The notes below the pieces were generated by a model. That model did not search any database. It saw nothing but the letters and a program-made list of their open reading frames with translations, and was not told the origin of the DNA. A program made the translations under genes and the position numbers. From Raillietiella orientalis (taxonomy: Eukaryota), in the NCBI GenBank assembly GCA_036172245.1, contig JAYWIR010000019.1, positions 1,674,001 to 1,738,000 on the forward strand: 64,000 bases of DNA, written 5' to 3'. Of this stretch, positions 25,542-38,300 are shown one piece after another; positions within the stretch are counted from its first letter, which is position 1; each line of letters begins with the position of its first letter.

Positions 25542-28500
25542 AATTTGTTACAAGAAACAAATCCAAACTGCAAGAAAGAATGAATTAATTAACACAGGAA
25601 ACCCTGTAAAAACATCTGGGGTTTCTACCTTTACATTTTACATCAAATTCAGCACCATTCTTGGACTTCCATCCGCAAACTGACTTGCATCTTTCAAATA
25701 ACACACATACCAAGTGAAAACATACGTGAACTGCTAAGGAATTTATTCACTTTAAAAAACTTGATCCCCTTGTGCTGAGCTTGACAGGTGATGCATATGA
25801 AAAGCAAACGTTTTCACCAATTTTATCAGCATGAATGTGAGTGTCACATCTCAAGAAGGCTTTGAAAACTAGAAATGCATACTGCATAGTTCTGTGAGCT
25901 CTGTTCTGTGAAGTGGCTACCATTATTTGTTTACAAAGGAAAAACAAATCACAGATACACTTACATCTCTTGAAGGCTGAACACACCAGCAGGGAAACAG
26001 TGGGATAATGTGCTTGGCGATTCAGAACAGGAAGGTTAAAATAAAACAACCCTGTTATCCACAAAGTAGAATTTCATTGTACAAAGCACGGAAAGCATTA
26101 AGAGGAATCCCTACAGCATGAACAGGTCATCAATATCTCATAAGCACAGAGATCATGGAACACAACAGAGAATGTACAAAATGATCAAGGCAAATTTCAA
26201 ACAAAATGACACTGCAAAGGAGCAACAGGCAAATAAACACGAATGAACACTTACTGCAGTTCGGGAGGCAGAATGTCTATTGGTTTTCATGATGGGCAAA
26301 CCAGTCAGTTCTTTGGTCATCACAAGGCAAGCAAGAAGGGCGGCTTGAATGTAGCGAAATGATGCAATTGAGAACATGAGTCTAGTCCTGATGTCCAGCA
26401 CAATGACCCGTTATCAACACTGCCCATGTGAAAATCCTTCCATCCCATCACGAAGAGTCATTACTGTCTTGACTCGTGTTTTCGCCACAAGGAGGGCAAA
26501 AAATGGGGGAGCCTCAACAAATGCCGGTGGTGGGAATCAGACGTCGAGCCAAAAATACGGATTACATGCATACGAGCATGCACGTTCCCGCAAAGCTTCG
26601 AATACCGCGCACGACTACACATGTCCAGGGAGGGAGTAGCAGGGGGAAGCTCGACGCGCCACCTATATGAGATATGCCTCAGGGATCCCAGGTGCGGCGC
26701 CAAGTCCATCAGGCACAACAGATCGGTCGTCCCGGGTCCCTAAAAAAAAAAAGGCAAAGCGAAAATCAGGAATCCATTCGCAAACGAGGCCGAAAGCCCT
26801 GCTCGTGAATTCAACAACATCTGGAGGCCGACGGTACGGAACCGCAGCAACGAACACGAGGTAATTTAGCTGATGATGATGTTTTTTTTTTGTTTTTGTT
26901 TCCCTTCCCCCCCCCCTGAAGCGAGATGATGATGATGGTGGTGGTGGTGGTGGTGATGGTGGCAACAGGGCAACGGTCACGAGAAAACACATGCCCCGTG
27001 AAGAGATGCGCGAATGTACACACACCACTTGGTAGCAAAGGATTTTCGTCCGTATTGAGGATTACGTAATAAAATTATTGATCGAAATCGAGCCATTTAA
27101 GCAGGACTCCACTTGGGCTCACTTGCTACATAGTATGGATTTTTCGTGTACAAACCAATTCTTATCCCAGCCTTGATGAATTTATTACCGTGGATACACC
27201 CTCGGCAGACAATGGGAGATAATAATCTTTCTCATTATCTCCAAAGTAATAGTAAAGACGATAAAAGTAAAGATTAACCAGGGCACTACCACCACAGTAT
27301 TCCTAAACTCTGCTTTTATATGCATTTTTTTTTTTTTTTTCGAATTTGAAATGGGAGAAGAATAGCTTGATATCTTTTTTTCTTTTGCTTCTAATTAGAT
27401 TAAGGATTTTCCTTTTTTTTGTGTGTGTGTGTTTCCCTTTTAGGTATATTGAGATTCCGGTTTCAGTTAAAGTACCGAGTGCGTTATCAAGTACCCAGGA
27501 ATGCGTTCCCATTTGGTGAGGAGGAGATAGAAGAGTGAGCACGTCCACCGATGAACTTCTAGATGGGAATGTGAGATTTAATAAGGCTGATAATAACTCA
27601 GATTCACTATATAGCTGGCATCATGATCATGATACTGCGTTGCGCAAGTACTACTTTGTGTGGTGGCTAATGGATCAACAGTAAAGCATCCTTGAACCCT
27701 GTGATCTTGAAATGGTAAGCTGAGCACGGGATGTGCTTTCTAAGCCACCTGTGGAATGGTGAGCGCTCGGGAAAACAAAAGCAGTAGTCACTTAGTTCCC
27801 AAAAAGAGATGAGTCACCACTTCGATGAAATTTTGCAACATTGAATAAAGCAGCAAGGTAAAAAAAAAAGAAAAAAATATATATGTGGACCAGCGACCTT
27901 ATTCGTGAACAACACGATTCGTCATACACCAACACCCAGAAAAAGAAAATCAAACCAAGAAAACATAAAACATGACACGCCTTCTCACACTGTGAATATC
28001 TACTCGTGTAAGTGAAGATCCTGTGGTTAATAAAAGGGCAGTCCGCAGAAATGCAAAAAGGCAGTAATGAAACACGGAGCTCTTTGCATGCCAGGTGCCC
28101 GCAATCCATGCAAAAGCTGCTTTCCGAAGCCTTCCCCAGGCAAGAAATGCCGAAAAATAAACGCAAGTAATAAAAAAAAAAGAGTGGAAACCCGCTGCTC
28201 GGGATTTCATCTGAAAGCCCAAATTGAACCAGACAGATGAATCATTCGGGAGCGCATTCAAGCTTGAGGTGGATAATCCACAAATCACTCCTTCCGAACT
28301 GTGGCTTCACGTCCCATGGAAGGAGCAGCGATGACAAGCACTTTCAGCCGCATGAAAATCGCAGCGCAGTGACTCGAAACACGTTTCTGCATAAATACAC
28401 AGATGTGCGGCAAAGAGGGAATTTCTAATTATGCAGTCCTGAAAATGCTGAGTTCAAAATCCAAAACGGAACCTCTATGTCTCGCGCCCCACGCCTAGAG

Positions 28501-31500
28501 GGTACGGGCAGAGATGGCTCTTGGAACTGTGAAGACAGCCGCATCAGCGTACGGCTGCCATTTTCACATGGCGCGTAGAGGCCACGGAAACTTCCATGGA
28601 TGATCATCTGGCCGATTAGCATCCATATCTGGAAGAAACTCGCCTTACAGGCTACTAAGCCGCTGACACGGAACCGAGCGATGACCCATGCTCCATCGGA
28701 TTTCGGTTAGTCATCGGTCCATTCAGTGTTGCCCAAATTTGGCTAATAGGAAACAAGAAGATATCCTGTGAAAGCATTAGTCAGCTGCCCCGGAAATCAG
28801 TAACCATTTTTTACTATAGGACCGGGCAGTCTTGCCTTCTTGGTAGATATCACTGATTAATATGGACGATGTTGCTTCCCAAGTAGTCATACAACAACGG
28901 CCACCCGAGATTGCAAAAACTGACGACTGCATCTCTCTTTCCCCCCCCCCCCCTTCTTTTTGTCCTTTCACGCTAATTGCTAAAGCTCTCACATGCAATT
29001 TGTTTAAGCGAACGGAGGGGGTATAAAAATAGAATACGAAATTCCACGAATTTGTAAGCAACAACAGCACGTGAAATTTTCCATTTCCCTCTATTTTTCG
29101 TGTAGTTTTCCTTTGATGGAGAAACTCATGACTGGCGCGTTGTTTCTCTGTAACGAGGCATTACTTTGTTCTATTTCTCATTCTGATTTCCAGCACTCTT
29201 CATTCATCCCGGATCACCTTCACCCCCCTTTTGGCTTCGAGGCGCAGATGAGATGCTTGCGAGAAGTGTTTTTTTTTTTTTTAACTTTTCGTGTGGTGAA
29301 ATCATGCAAGTCGTGTTAGGCAAGGAACACACAAACACATCTTTCCAGAGTCGCACATTCCCTTCATTACCATACGCAGAATCCCCGAACGCTCCATTCC
29401 GGTCCTTTCGCCACCCCCATTCTGCAGAGCGAATTTCCCAGCGACTTTTAATTGAATTTCCAGTTCTACGAACTGTCGCTTCTTGTGATAAGCGACAGCA
29501 TAATAAGCAATGAATCGCTCCCTCGGTGAACGAGGATTCGAACAGCCTTGGTGAGTGACAAGATAAATATAGTCCACTACCATCCTTCTCGGAAAGAGGC
29601 AAACCTACTGAGACGCTGCTGACAGTTTCGACCCCAATCCCGACCCTCCCCAAACGAATGAAGTTGGCCGACCTCGCGGAGAAACACGTTCAACACTGAA
29701 ACTCCTGTGTGACCACTACTGGAGCTCCCGCGGCTCACGCTTGGAGATGCTCCTCGGAAGGGGAAAAAAAAAAAATGATGCCCGGGAAGAGTTCAAAATA
29801 CAATGGGAATAGGGCATCGCGTGGGTTGGCGTAAGGACGTTTTCACTTCCTCTCCATTCACTTCGTGAATACCGGCACCAATTAGCAAATAATTTGATGG
29901 TTTCAAATATGCGGTTGAACGTCCTTACGTGCCCGTGCTTAAGATATTCAACAGCTGATGCGATTTTCGATTAAACGGAAAGATCCCTACGCATCCTAAA
30001 GGGAACTGAACTCTAACCTCCAAACGGAGGAACACGATTTCAGCAAACGGAATAGGCATCCAGCCTTCACGAGTACGAGCCTGGAAGGCATCCAATCTAC
30101 TCCATCCCGGCTGCCTTACCACGAAGTACGAACCATGCCCGCAGTTGCTAAGCGATGCAACCAGAAAACAGCCTGCTTTCACATGATGGGCTTACTGCCT
30201 GCCATCCGCTGACCCGAACTCCTATTAATGGACTTATGAACAACACGCCCGAGTTCATCTGAAGTGCAGCTCGGCTTCTTCCAAGTGATCGAACCCACGA
30301 CGCACACACATTCGGGAACATTCAGCTTTAAGATTCAAGGTGGTGAGTTTCTCGGGAATTCAGCCTTATCCCTTCCGCAGTGACTTCCAGAATGACCTCT
30401 CCCGCTACACAAGAACGTACGATTCGAAAAAAAAAAAAAAAATGAATTTGCCGCGTCCAACTGTCAAAGACGCAACAAACTTACTGAGTATGACTCTTAA
30501 GCCTCCCGGAAATCACCTCGCCACCATACTAAAACGCCAATTAACAATCATCAAAGTTATGATGAAATCACAAGATGTCTTTGTGCATACAATCAAGTTG
30601 ACACGTCGAGCGTCAGCAACAAAAATGACACAAGTCGGTCGCAGCAGCAGTTTGGGTTTGGGAGAGGGTATGTGCTCAAGCAAAATTTGAATTCAATTCC
30701 CAGATAATGATCGGCAATGCTTCCCTCTCAAACGCGCTTTGGTCTCTTTCATCATTTTTCTTGCAGCATCTGAAAAACTACAATGAAACACTCTTGCTTG
30801 GATGAGTTTCGGATGACATGCCTTAATGCATGGTCTCAGCTCCCTACTAAAGTTACCGGTCGTGCTCACGATCTGTGCTCGAGATCTTCGCCCACGGGCG
30901 TTTCTCTTGACTTCCCAAACACGATGAAAAATGAAAGCCAAATCATAACTTTATTTCCGATGCTGCAGCCAACGTGCAAGCATCCATCGCCTTAGAGAAA
31001 ACGTACCATCTTGAGCGAAAGAGAAAGCCGCGCTGCAAATAGTGCATGTACCATACGCATACACACACCATCACAACCAAGAGATACCAAAGCACCCAAG
31101 TAACACGGAAGGCAGTCCCTTTTCTTCCCGCATCCACCGGTGTTTTCTTAGGCAAAACACAGGAGTGAGTCACTTTGAATCAAAAAAAAAAAAACACAAG
31201 CACAATAAACGACGATCACAACATCCTCCCGTGATGTGATGAGGAATACGATACGCAGCCGAAAAGTGATTTGCAAAAGACGAACGACACAACAGCGGCC
31301 TATTGAAGTTGATGGAGCTTTAAACACATGCGTCGAATATGGAACTGAGCGCCTCGGTTGTACAACCAGACCGTTACGGAGTGAACCGTGTACAAATCGC
31401 TGGCTCCTCTGCTGGCATTCGAAACACAGTGCACGGATTCCATGAAAATGAAACAATTCAATAGCACCCTGGGTTTTCTCTTCTTGTGCATCTGTAGCTT

Positions 31501-32082
31501 TGGGCACGGAATTCCTGGGAAATTGCAGTTCCTCAAACCTATGGCAGTTCGAACTGCATTCACGGAGAACACGGCTGAAAAAAGAAGAAGAAAAAACACG
31601 GGATTTTGAAGTCACGTGCGCCAAAACTAGGGACAGCTGCTTTACATCTTAATTGGTTCGGTCTGCACGTTTTTTCATCCTCCAGATAATCAGATTCCGT
31701 ATACTGCCGAACATTCGAGGATTTTCTTCAAGTACGGTCTCACATCGAAACAGAGAATGATCTCTGAGCAGAATTTATTCATTTTTTTTTTTACAAAAAA
31801 AAAACACAAAGGCAGATGCATCGATGGGTTCACTGCAAAAAGTTCAGGAACCATTCGCAATCCAAACCACCAACGTGGTCCATGGATCGAAACACCGAAA
31901 TGACCAGAAAACACGAATTCTTCTACTCGCACAACATCAAAGAGAGATAAAACCTCACATAAATTTTCAGTCCCTATGGGCACGCACCAGCGGTTGGATC
32001 TAAACAGATTTTCATCTGCTGTTCTAAATCCCCCGTCTCTCCACGAACGTTGCGAGTTTCGCTCAATACGCTTGCTTTCGTG

Positions 32083-32341
32083 TTTCTCGCTCGGATCCCA
32101 AGCCTCAATGCTGCGGTCCCCACGAAAGGAGAATTTCTCGCTCAGATCCCAAGCCTTCAATGCTGCGGTCCCCATGAAAGGAGAATTTCTCGCTCAGATC
32201 CCAAGCCTTCAATGCTGCGGTCCCCACGAAAGGAGAATTTCTCGCTCAGATCCCAAGCCTTCAATGCTGCGGTCCCCACGAAAGGAGAATTTCTCGCTCA
32301 GATCCCAAGCCTCAATGCTGCGGTCCCCACGAAGCGAGAAT
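32083..32341. repeat. Minisatellite, 5 copies of a 51-52 bp unit
   Basis: Unit tttctcgctcagatcccaagcc(t)tcaatgctgcggtccccacgaaaggagaa starts at 32083, 32134, 32186, 32238 and 32290. Copies are nearly identical. Confidence 0.97.
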
Positions 32342-33553
32342 CAATGCTGAACTTTTGCGTTACAGTTTTTGCTTTCGCAGTTGCCGTTTGTCATCCTCTC
32401 TAAATTCTCCAAACATAGGGGAAAGACCCAACGCCCTTCTCAAATTACGAACCACAGTCGAATTCTTGAGAAAGGAAATCCAGTTTCGCTTCGAAGCAAG
32501 GGTGACTATCGCTTCTAATTAGATTCTGACCATGCTCAACACCGCTGCGCCGTTTACCCTGATTTTAAAATGGCCAAAAAGAAACATTCTTCCTCACCTT
32601 GCCGTATGTCCACACTTTTGACGACTAAATATCCTCGTGAATAAGAAGAAGAAAAGCAAACAGAGCTGGTGAAGAACAAGAAGAAAAAAAGGAAGGATTC
32701 TACGTCGTTTCTCTGCTCACCAAAGGACGAAATAAAAGAGAAAACCCGCTCAGATATATTTCCTACTTCCCTTTGTTTACTCGGAAATTTTAGAACCATA
32801 CAAACGAAACACATAATCACTGCTGGTACAGACGTGGAAGAAGATGCCAATACAGAGTGAGGTGGAAACGGGCACACAGAAGAGTACCTGGAGCCGCCGT
32901 GCTACAAGGAACCGACGCGGCAAGCAGACAGATAGGTACGCCTGCGAAATGGTCAGGTGACGCCATAAGAATTCAGGATGCGGAACGGGTAAACTCCGCT
33001 GCACACCGTGTGCGTGCAATGAGGGGAGATAACACGACGGAAACAACACGATCTGCAAAACAAGGCGATTCATCAAATTTGGCCTGCATGTTTGAATACT
33101 TGCCAGCGGCTGTTGTATTCTTCCGAGAGACAGTACTAAGTGGCGATCAGACGGAGGGAGCACGAAGTGGCCACCGGTGGCCAGGGCCCCTTACACTGGT
33201 TGATCCCTTCGCAAGATCTTGAGCGAGACGACGCTCGGTCGTCGCGGCTGAAGCCACCCTTACAAAGTCTGAGACGATGTGTTCGAAAAAAGCGGGGACA
33301 TGGAAAACCGCCGCAGGGTGTGTGCATGAAACATAAAAAAGGCCCCAAAAGACGCTTGGTGTCACATCCCGACGTGAGCACCAAAGCACATAAGCACCAC
33401 GCCAACCACGCTACTCGGCGCTCGTTGGCTTGCAGGGAGCAAACGCCTCCACGTAAACAACCACGAAGTATCACGTATTTTTAGAGAACAAGCACAAACA
33501 ACCTTGGAAAACAGTAGGTTTTAATAAAAACAATTCACCACGGCATTACTGTT

Positions 33554-33557
<4 letters not shown>

Positions 33558-33585
<28 letters not shown>
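33558..33585. repeat. (TG)n microsatellite
   Basis: About 14 perfect TG units. Confidence 0.95.
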
Positions 33586-34981
33586 ACTAACGCTCGGTTT
33601 ACACACAAAGCACATGGTCCGACATTCAGCAGGACGGATCCAAAAAAATGAGACTTCGAAGCTCTTCCTGCTCCCTCGAAAGCGAAGTCATCTAACGGAA
33701 AAGGGCTGAAGGCATGAATGGCGGATTCAGTTTCAGAAGATTACCATAAATCTGCGGAGCCACCCTCTTTTCGTGAAGATAGCAAACACGAAAGGTGCTT
33801 TTCCGCACCGAAAAAACTTGACCGGCGGGTTCTTGATGGAATCACTTGAAACGTTCAAGCAATGTGAAAACGGAGCTTCTGGAAACGGGGAAGGGGTTCG
33901 TTTTTCTCAAGTGACTTTAAGAGAGAGAGAGAGAGAGAGAGAGGAAGGGAAAAAAAGGTGTACGCAAAACGGATAACAAACCGTTCCACGGCGGAAGTGC
34001 ACATATGCCTTTCTTCGCACACGCTCCTTGATGAGCACTGGCACTTCGTGCACCAAACTGACGGACGGGAAGCCTCGACTGCAGACCGAAAACACTCGTC
34101 GAGTCAAAGAAAAAACTGCAACCACCGTGAAGAACAAACACGGGAGAATCCACACGACGGTAACGAACAAATTTCTCAGGAAGATGCTCGAAAGACAGAG
34201 CCACTGACTGCCGCTAAGCATCCGAACCAGTGGGGCCTTAACGATGGTCCAGTGCAAGGTTGCTAACGAGCAGCTAGTTTACCGAGATTGATGAAGCCGA
34301 GATACCTAACTTTTCTGAATAAACATGCAGTTTCTTAGCGGCTCCTAAGACAAATGATCTCACGACATGCTGATCTTATCGCACTCGGCATTCTAAAAGA
34401 AAGTGCACGAGTCGTTATCATACTCGCATATTTTCTGCATCGATGGAAGACAGATGATTGGCCTTACACAATGTGATTAAAGAGAATAAGTACAACAGTT
34501 CCCTTGTGAGTCAGTACTCTCAGTGTACAAAAATAAGTGTGTGTGTGGTAACGTCTTTCTCTTTTTTTATGGGAACAAAACTGATTGCTAACGTTTCAAC
34601 AAATGAACCCCCGAAAAGACAAACTGCCTTGTACTTTTGGGCCATGACTAAAATAAAGTGCGATACATAAAAGAAAATACAGAGATGCAGACGTGGATAC
34701 AAAGGAAAAGTTAGAATGGCACTTCTAACGCTGTGACATTTCATTAGAATTCCAGTTTGCTACATCACGCGCACTCATTGATGGACCAATGACAGCAATG
34801 TATGTTTTTTTTTGTTTGTTTGTTTTTTTTTCCTGCTAGCAGATAACCCGTTAGCATCCTTCTGACCTTGAAGGAAAACCATGGCCTGTTTATTTTTTTC
34901 ATTTTTTTCCCACATTTTCAAAAAATTATTATCCTCGGTTAGAAGCATCTTATTTCGAACTGGTCTCATCACAACACACCT

Positions 34982-35172
34982 TTAGTCGCCGACCATCTTA
35001 TTTTCACCATGCTGATCAACGATTGCAAGACATCTATCAGCAAACTCTAAAAATATTGGTTCTTGCATAGCCTTTTGCATTTCGCTGCAAGGGTTATCAG
35101 CTTTATCCAGTCGTAGAAACATTTTTTGTAAATGTGGATTAGCTAACATCATCTTTATTTCACTGTCTTTGC
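34982..35172 (-). CDS. ZNHIT3: ZNHIT3 coding exon 3 (C-terminal Pac-Hit domain) with stop codon
   Basis: Follows a 58-nt GT-AG intron. Reads (G)KDSEIKMMLANPHLQKMFLRLDKADNPCSEMQKAMQEPIFLEFADRCLAIVDQHGENKMVGD*, with the LxNPHL and MQEPxFxEFADxCL motifs of ZNHIT3/Hit1. Spliced CDS is 83+152+191=426 nt, 141 aa. Confidence 0.95.
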
Positions 35173-35230
35173 CTAAGGATACAAATATCTTCTATACTGA
35201 TCTTGCAGAGCAATGCTTTCTACAAATTAC

Positions 35231-35382
35231 CTAACTGTGCCAGTTTTTCGAGGGAGACAGTATCCTCTGTTTCGAAATTATAAGTGGATGGTATATTCTC
35301 GGTATGAATTCTGGAGATTTGCTCTTCAGCGTGTTGCTTTACTGGACTGCACCTATGATTCTTGTAGCAAACAACAGAACAA
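35231..35382 (-). CDS. ZNHIT3: ZNHIT3 coding exon 2
   Basis: Acceptor tgtttag| and donor G|gtaatt. The 152 nt read (Y)CSVVCYKNHRCSPVKQHAEEQISRIHTENIPSTYNFETEDTVSLEKLAQL(G), completing zf-HIT (YCSxxCxxxH) and including the EDxVSL motif of ZNHIT3. Confidence 0.93.
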
Positions 35383-38300
35383 CTAAACAAAAAATGTTAT
35401 TGATCAACAAGTAGTCACAAGGACTGAAAAACAAACAAAAAACTGAATGGATCACCATTCGATTTTGGAACACGCAGACCAAATCATACATTTTCCTCAA
35501 GACAAACCACAAACGCACAAAGCAACCCGAAAACCCGAGAACTGGATTTCTTCGAACGTATTTCAGACTCCGACTAAAAGAGCAATGGTGGAAAACACGT
35601 GTCCCTACGTCTTGACCGACCCAGTCCGTTCTCTTCGAAGCAAAAACCAAGACCAGAAAGATGGGAACCCTGTCGGCTGCTGGCGAATAGACTCGTAGTC
35701 GTATTTTGTGTGCCATGAGCACTTTCTCAAAGGCTGCTCATCCAGAATTCGAAACGATCAAAAACCACCACAGATATGAGGGTTTTTAAGAATAATAAAA
35801 GTCATTCGGCATCGCAGGTAATTCTAGCCGCCTGCACTCGAAAGGAAAGCCGAGACGCGACTGCCACGGTTCCACGGAGTGCACAGAAACACGAAGATGA
35901 GTTTGCCGAAACCGAAGCAGTGGTTGCATTTGCACGAAAGGAAGAAAAATTCTATGGAGAGCAAAACATTCGCGCGGTTCGACAGGAAAACAAAGGAGAC
36001 AGCTGGAGCGGTTGAGAGCCTTTGCACATTGGCTCAAAGGGCTCTCGAAGGCTGAAGGTTTCAGGGAAATGCTCAGTCGGCTTGGAGAAATGTGGATGTT
36101 ATCGAGACAAATTAAATGACAAACAGATCCATGAAACGCTAACGGAGCAGAAACCTGATGATGAGATGAAGGTGAAACGCTCAGATGAGGCTCGACTTCA
36201 CTCAATGAGGTCTGTTCGTTCCATTCTCCCATACCAAGTTTAAAAAAGCCCAGCAGGCAGCAGGGGAGGCTTTCAATGGGAAGTTGGAAACACGCGATGC
36301 AGTGCAAGATAATGTAAGGGGAAAAAACATGCCTTAAGAAAGAAAAGAAACTCAACGAAATATCTCTCATGGATGCTGACCGAGGACAATTAACTCTCGG
36401 AAAAATCTGCATGAAACTTACGTGCATGCCCAGTGTCCTTGACGATTCAAAATTAAAGATAAAACAACGCAGGCAACCCGTACGGAAAACGACTTGCGTT
36501 TTGAAAAATGATGAACAGAATTCAGAATCCGACCATAAGCAAGCATGAAATTCCTGAAACTTTTTTTTTTGTTGTTTTTTTTTGTTTTTTTTACCGAGAT
36601 GGGGGCAGTTGATCATTACATATGCACATATTACTTGCGATACGATTTTCCAACTCATGTAGCACTGAGCATGTAAACCCAAGATCATTTCCTTATCACA
36701 AAATTTTGTTTACGTTACGAGCATGGATCTGGGCTGCTCTGACTGTGTGGTTATGAGAAATTCTTATCAGATTGCCTCGCGCTTGTTTTATGCAGAGGTA
36801 CCATGCGCACGCCCCAACCACTACTACTTTAGAGGACCTCCTCTTAAGGAACGCCAGGAAGACCATCAGGGGCAACCAAGGGAATCGGAGAATATTGCCA
36901 GCAATGGCTAGGCTTTAAAACCACGAATTACCAGGAAGTTTCGCATCTTCCGCCTTTTCATTCATACGGAGGAAGGCAGGCACTGATGCACACAGGTTAA
37001 TACAGAGATTGCACGTTTTCGATCTTTACTCCGAAAGTGAAATACACGTCTCAATACACAGCTCGATAATGTCCAGAGATGACCAGTTGAATATTAAGCT
37101 GTTTCGAAAATAATGATGCACTGCAACGCACGAAGGGAATATCAGAATCTTAGAATTCCGCAATTCTTTAAGCGAACTCCAATGTTTGCTTAGAAATCAT
37201 CTGTAAAATATTTACGAAAGATTCAGAAACAAGAGGAGCAACGGCGAACGAAAGCGAATGTGATCAACACGCGTGTAAAAAAAAAAAAAAAAAGAAAAGA
37301 AAAAAAAAGGGAGCCATAATGCATTGGGAACAAACAGAAGACACGACAAAAAAGAAGCTGTGATACACTCTGTTTTTGTTGGACAGAGTGTATCAAAGTT
37401 ATCAAACTAATATTTACAGATAACATTCACGCTACTAAGTTTACAAGGGAAGTGGGTGGGAGGAAGATGGTCCCTGAGGATGAATCATCAGTGATTTGAA
37501 AAAACTGGAAAGCCCGTGAGATCAAGATCACCGTGTTTCCGATACAATGAATTTCACTCTGGTAGGACCACCTTGAAAAACTCAGACCAGAAGAGTTAGC
37601 AGAATTGATCACCGATTGTAACATCTTAACTTGCACTGCATCTTTCATGGGTCAGTGTTTCTTTTCCGACCAACAGCTATAACTTACATAGCTTCAGGCA
37701 GATACTTATTTAAAAGGGTAAATATTTGGTAATTTCCAAAACTTCATACTATCTTTATTATACAATGTATCGGACAAGTGTTCCCATTAATTGAAATTTT
37801 TTTTTTTTTTTTCACAAACTTTTTTTTTCATGACTGATTGGCCATTATGGATACTCAAAAGAAACTCCCAAAATGCTTTCATGTATGCACCTGCTAATAA
37901 CATGGTTTAATACGGTATTGGAAGCAGCAGGAAATGATAAAATGAGAAACTGAATCCCATGAATGGAAAGTAAAATTCTGAACCAAGTAAACAGAGGCGT
38001 TGGGAGTTGAGAGAGAAAGAGGGAAAGCAAATGATCGATACGAAATTACTCAAAAATGAACATCCGATTAAGGTTTACGATTGCTGAAAAAGATTAGCTA
38101 ATAAACACTGGTAATGAAGATACTTTAGGAGACTCTACAAAACATGAGTGAAATTAAAATAGATCACTTCTGCTTCAAATGATGTATACCCCAAGGCTCC
38201 CATCTTGTTGTTCACCTTTACTTTTCAAAATTCTGAAGTCATGTCAAGTTGGAAATTGGAAGCACACTTAAGGAAACTACTGTGATTGAATGAATCTACA

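Noticed and set aside
30280..30320. Isolated B-box-like gcgtcgtgggttcgatc on the minus strand
   Set aside because: No A box or further homology to the three-copy repeat, and too short to support a call.
32083..32341. 52-bp repeat as CRISPR array or coding repeat
   Set aside because: Units are head-to-tail without spacers, and the 52-bp unit is not a multiple of three, so the ORFs over it just cycle frames.
35447..36243. Nested gene in ZNHIT3 intron 1 (short plus-strand ORFs)
   Set aside because: No consistent splice structure. A weak resemblance to a LINE linker region (KPENWIS) suggests a relic but is too weak to annotate.
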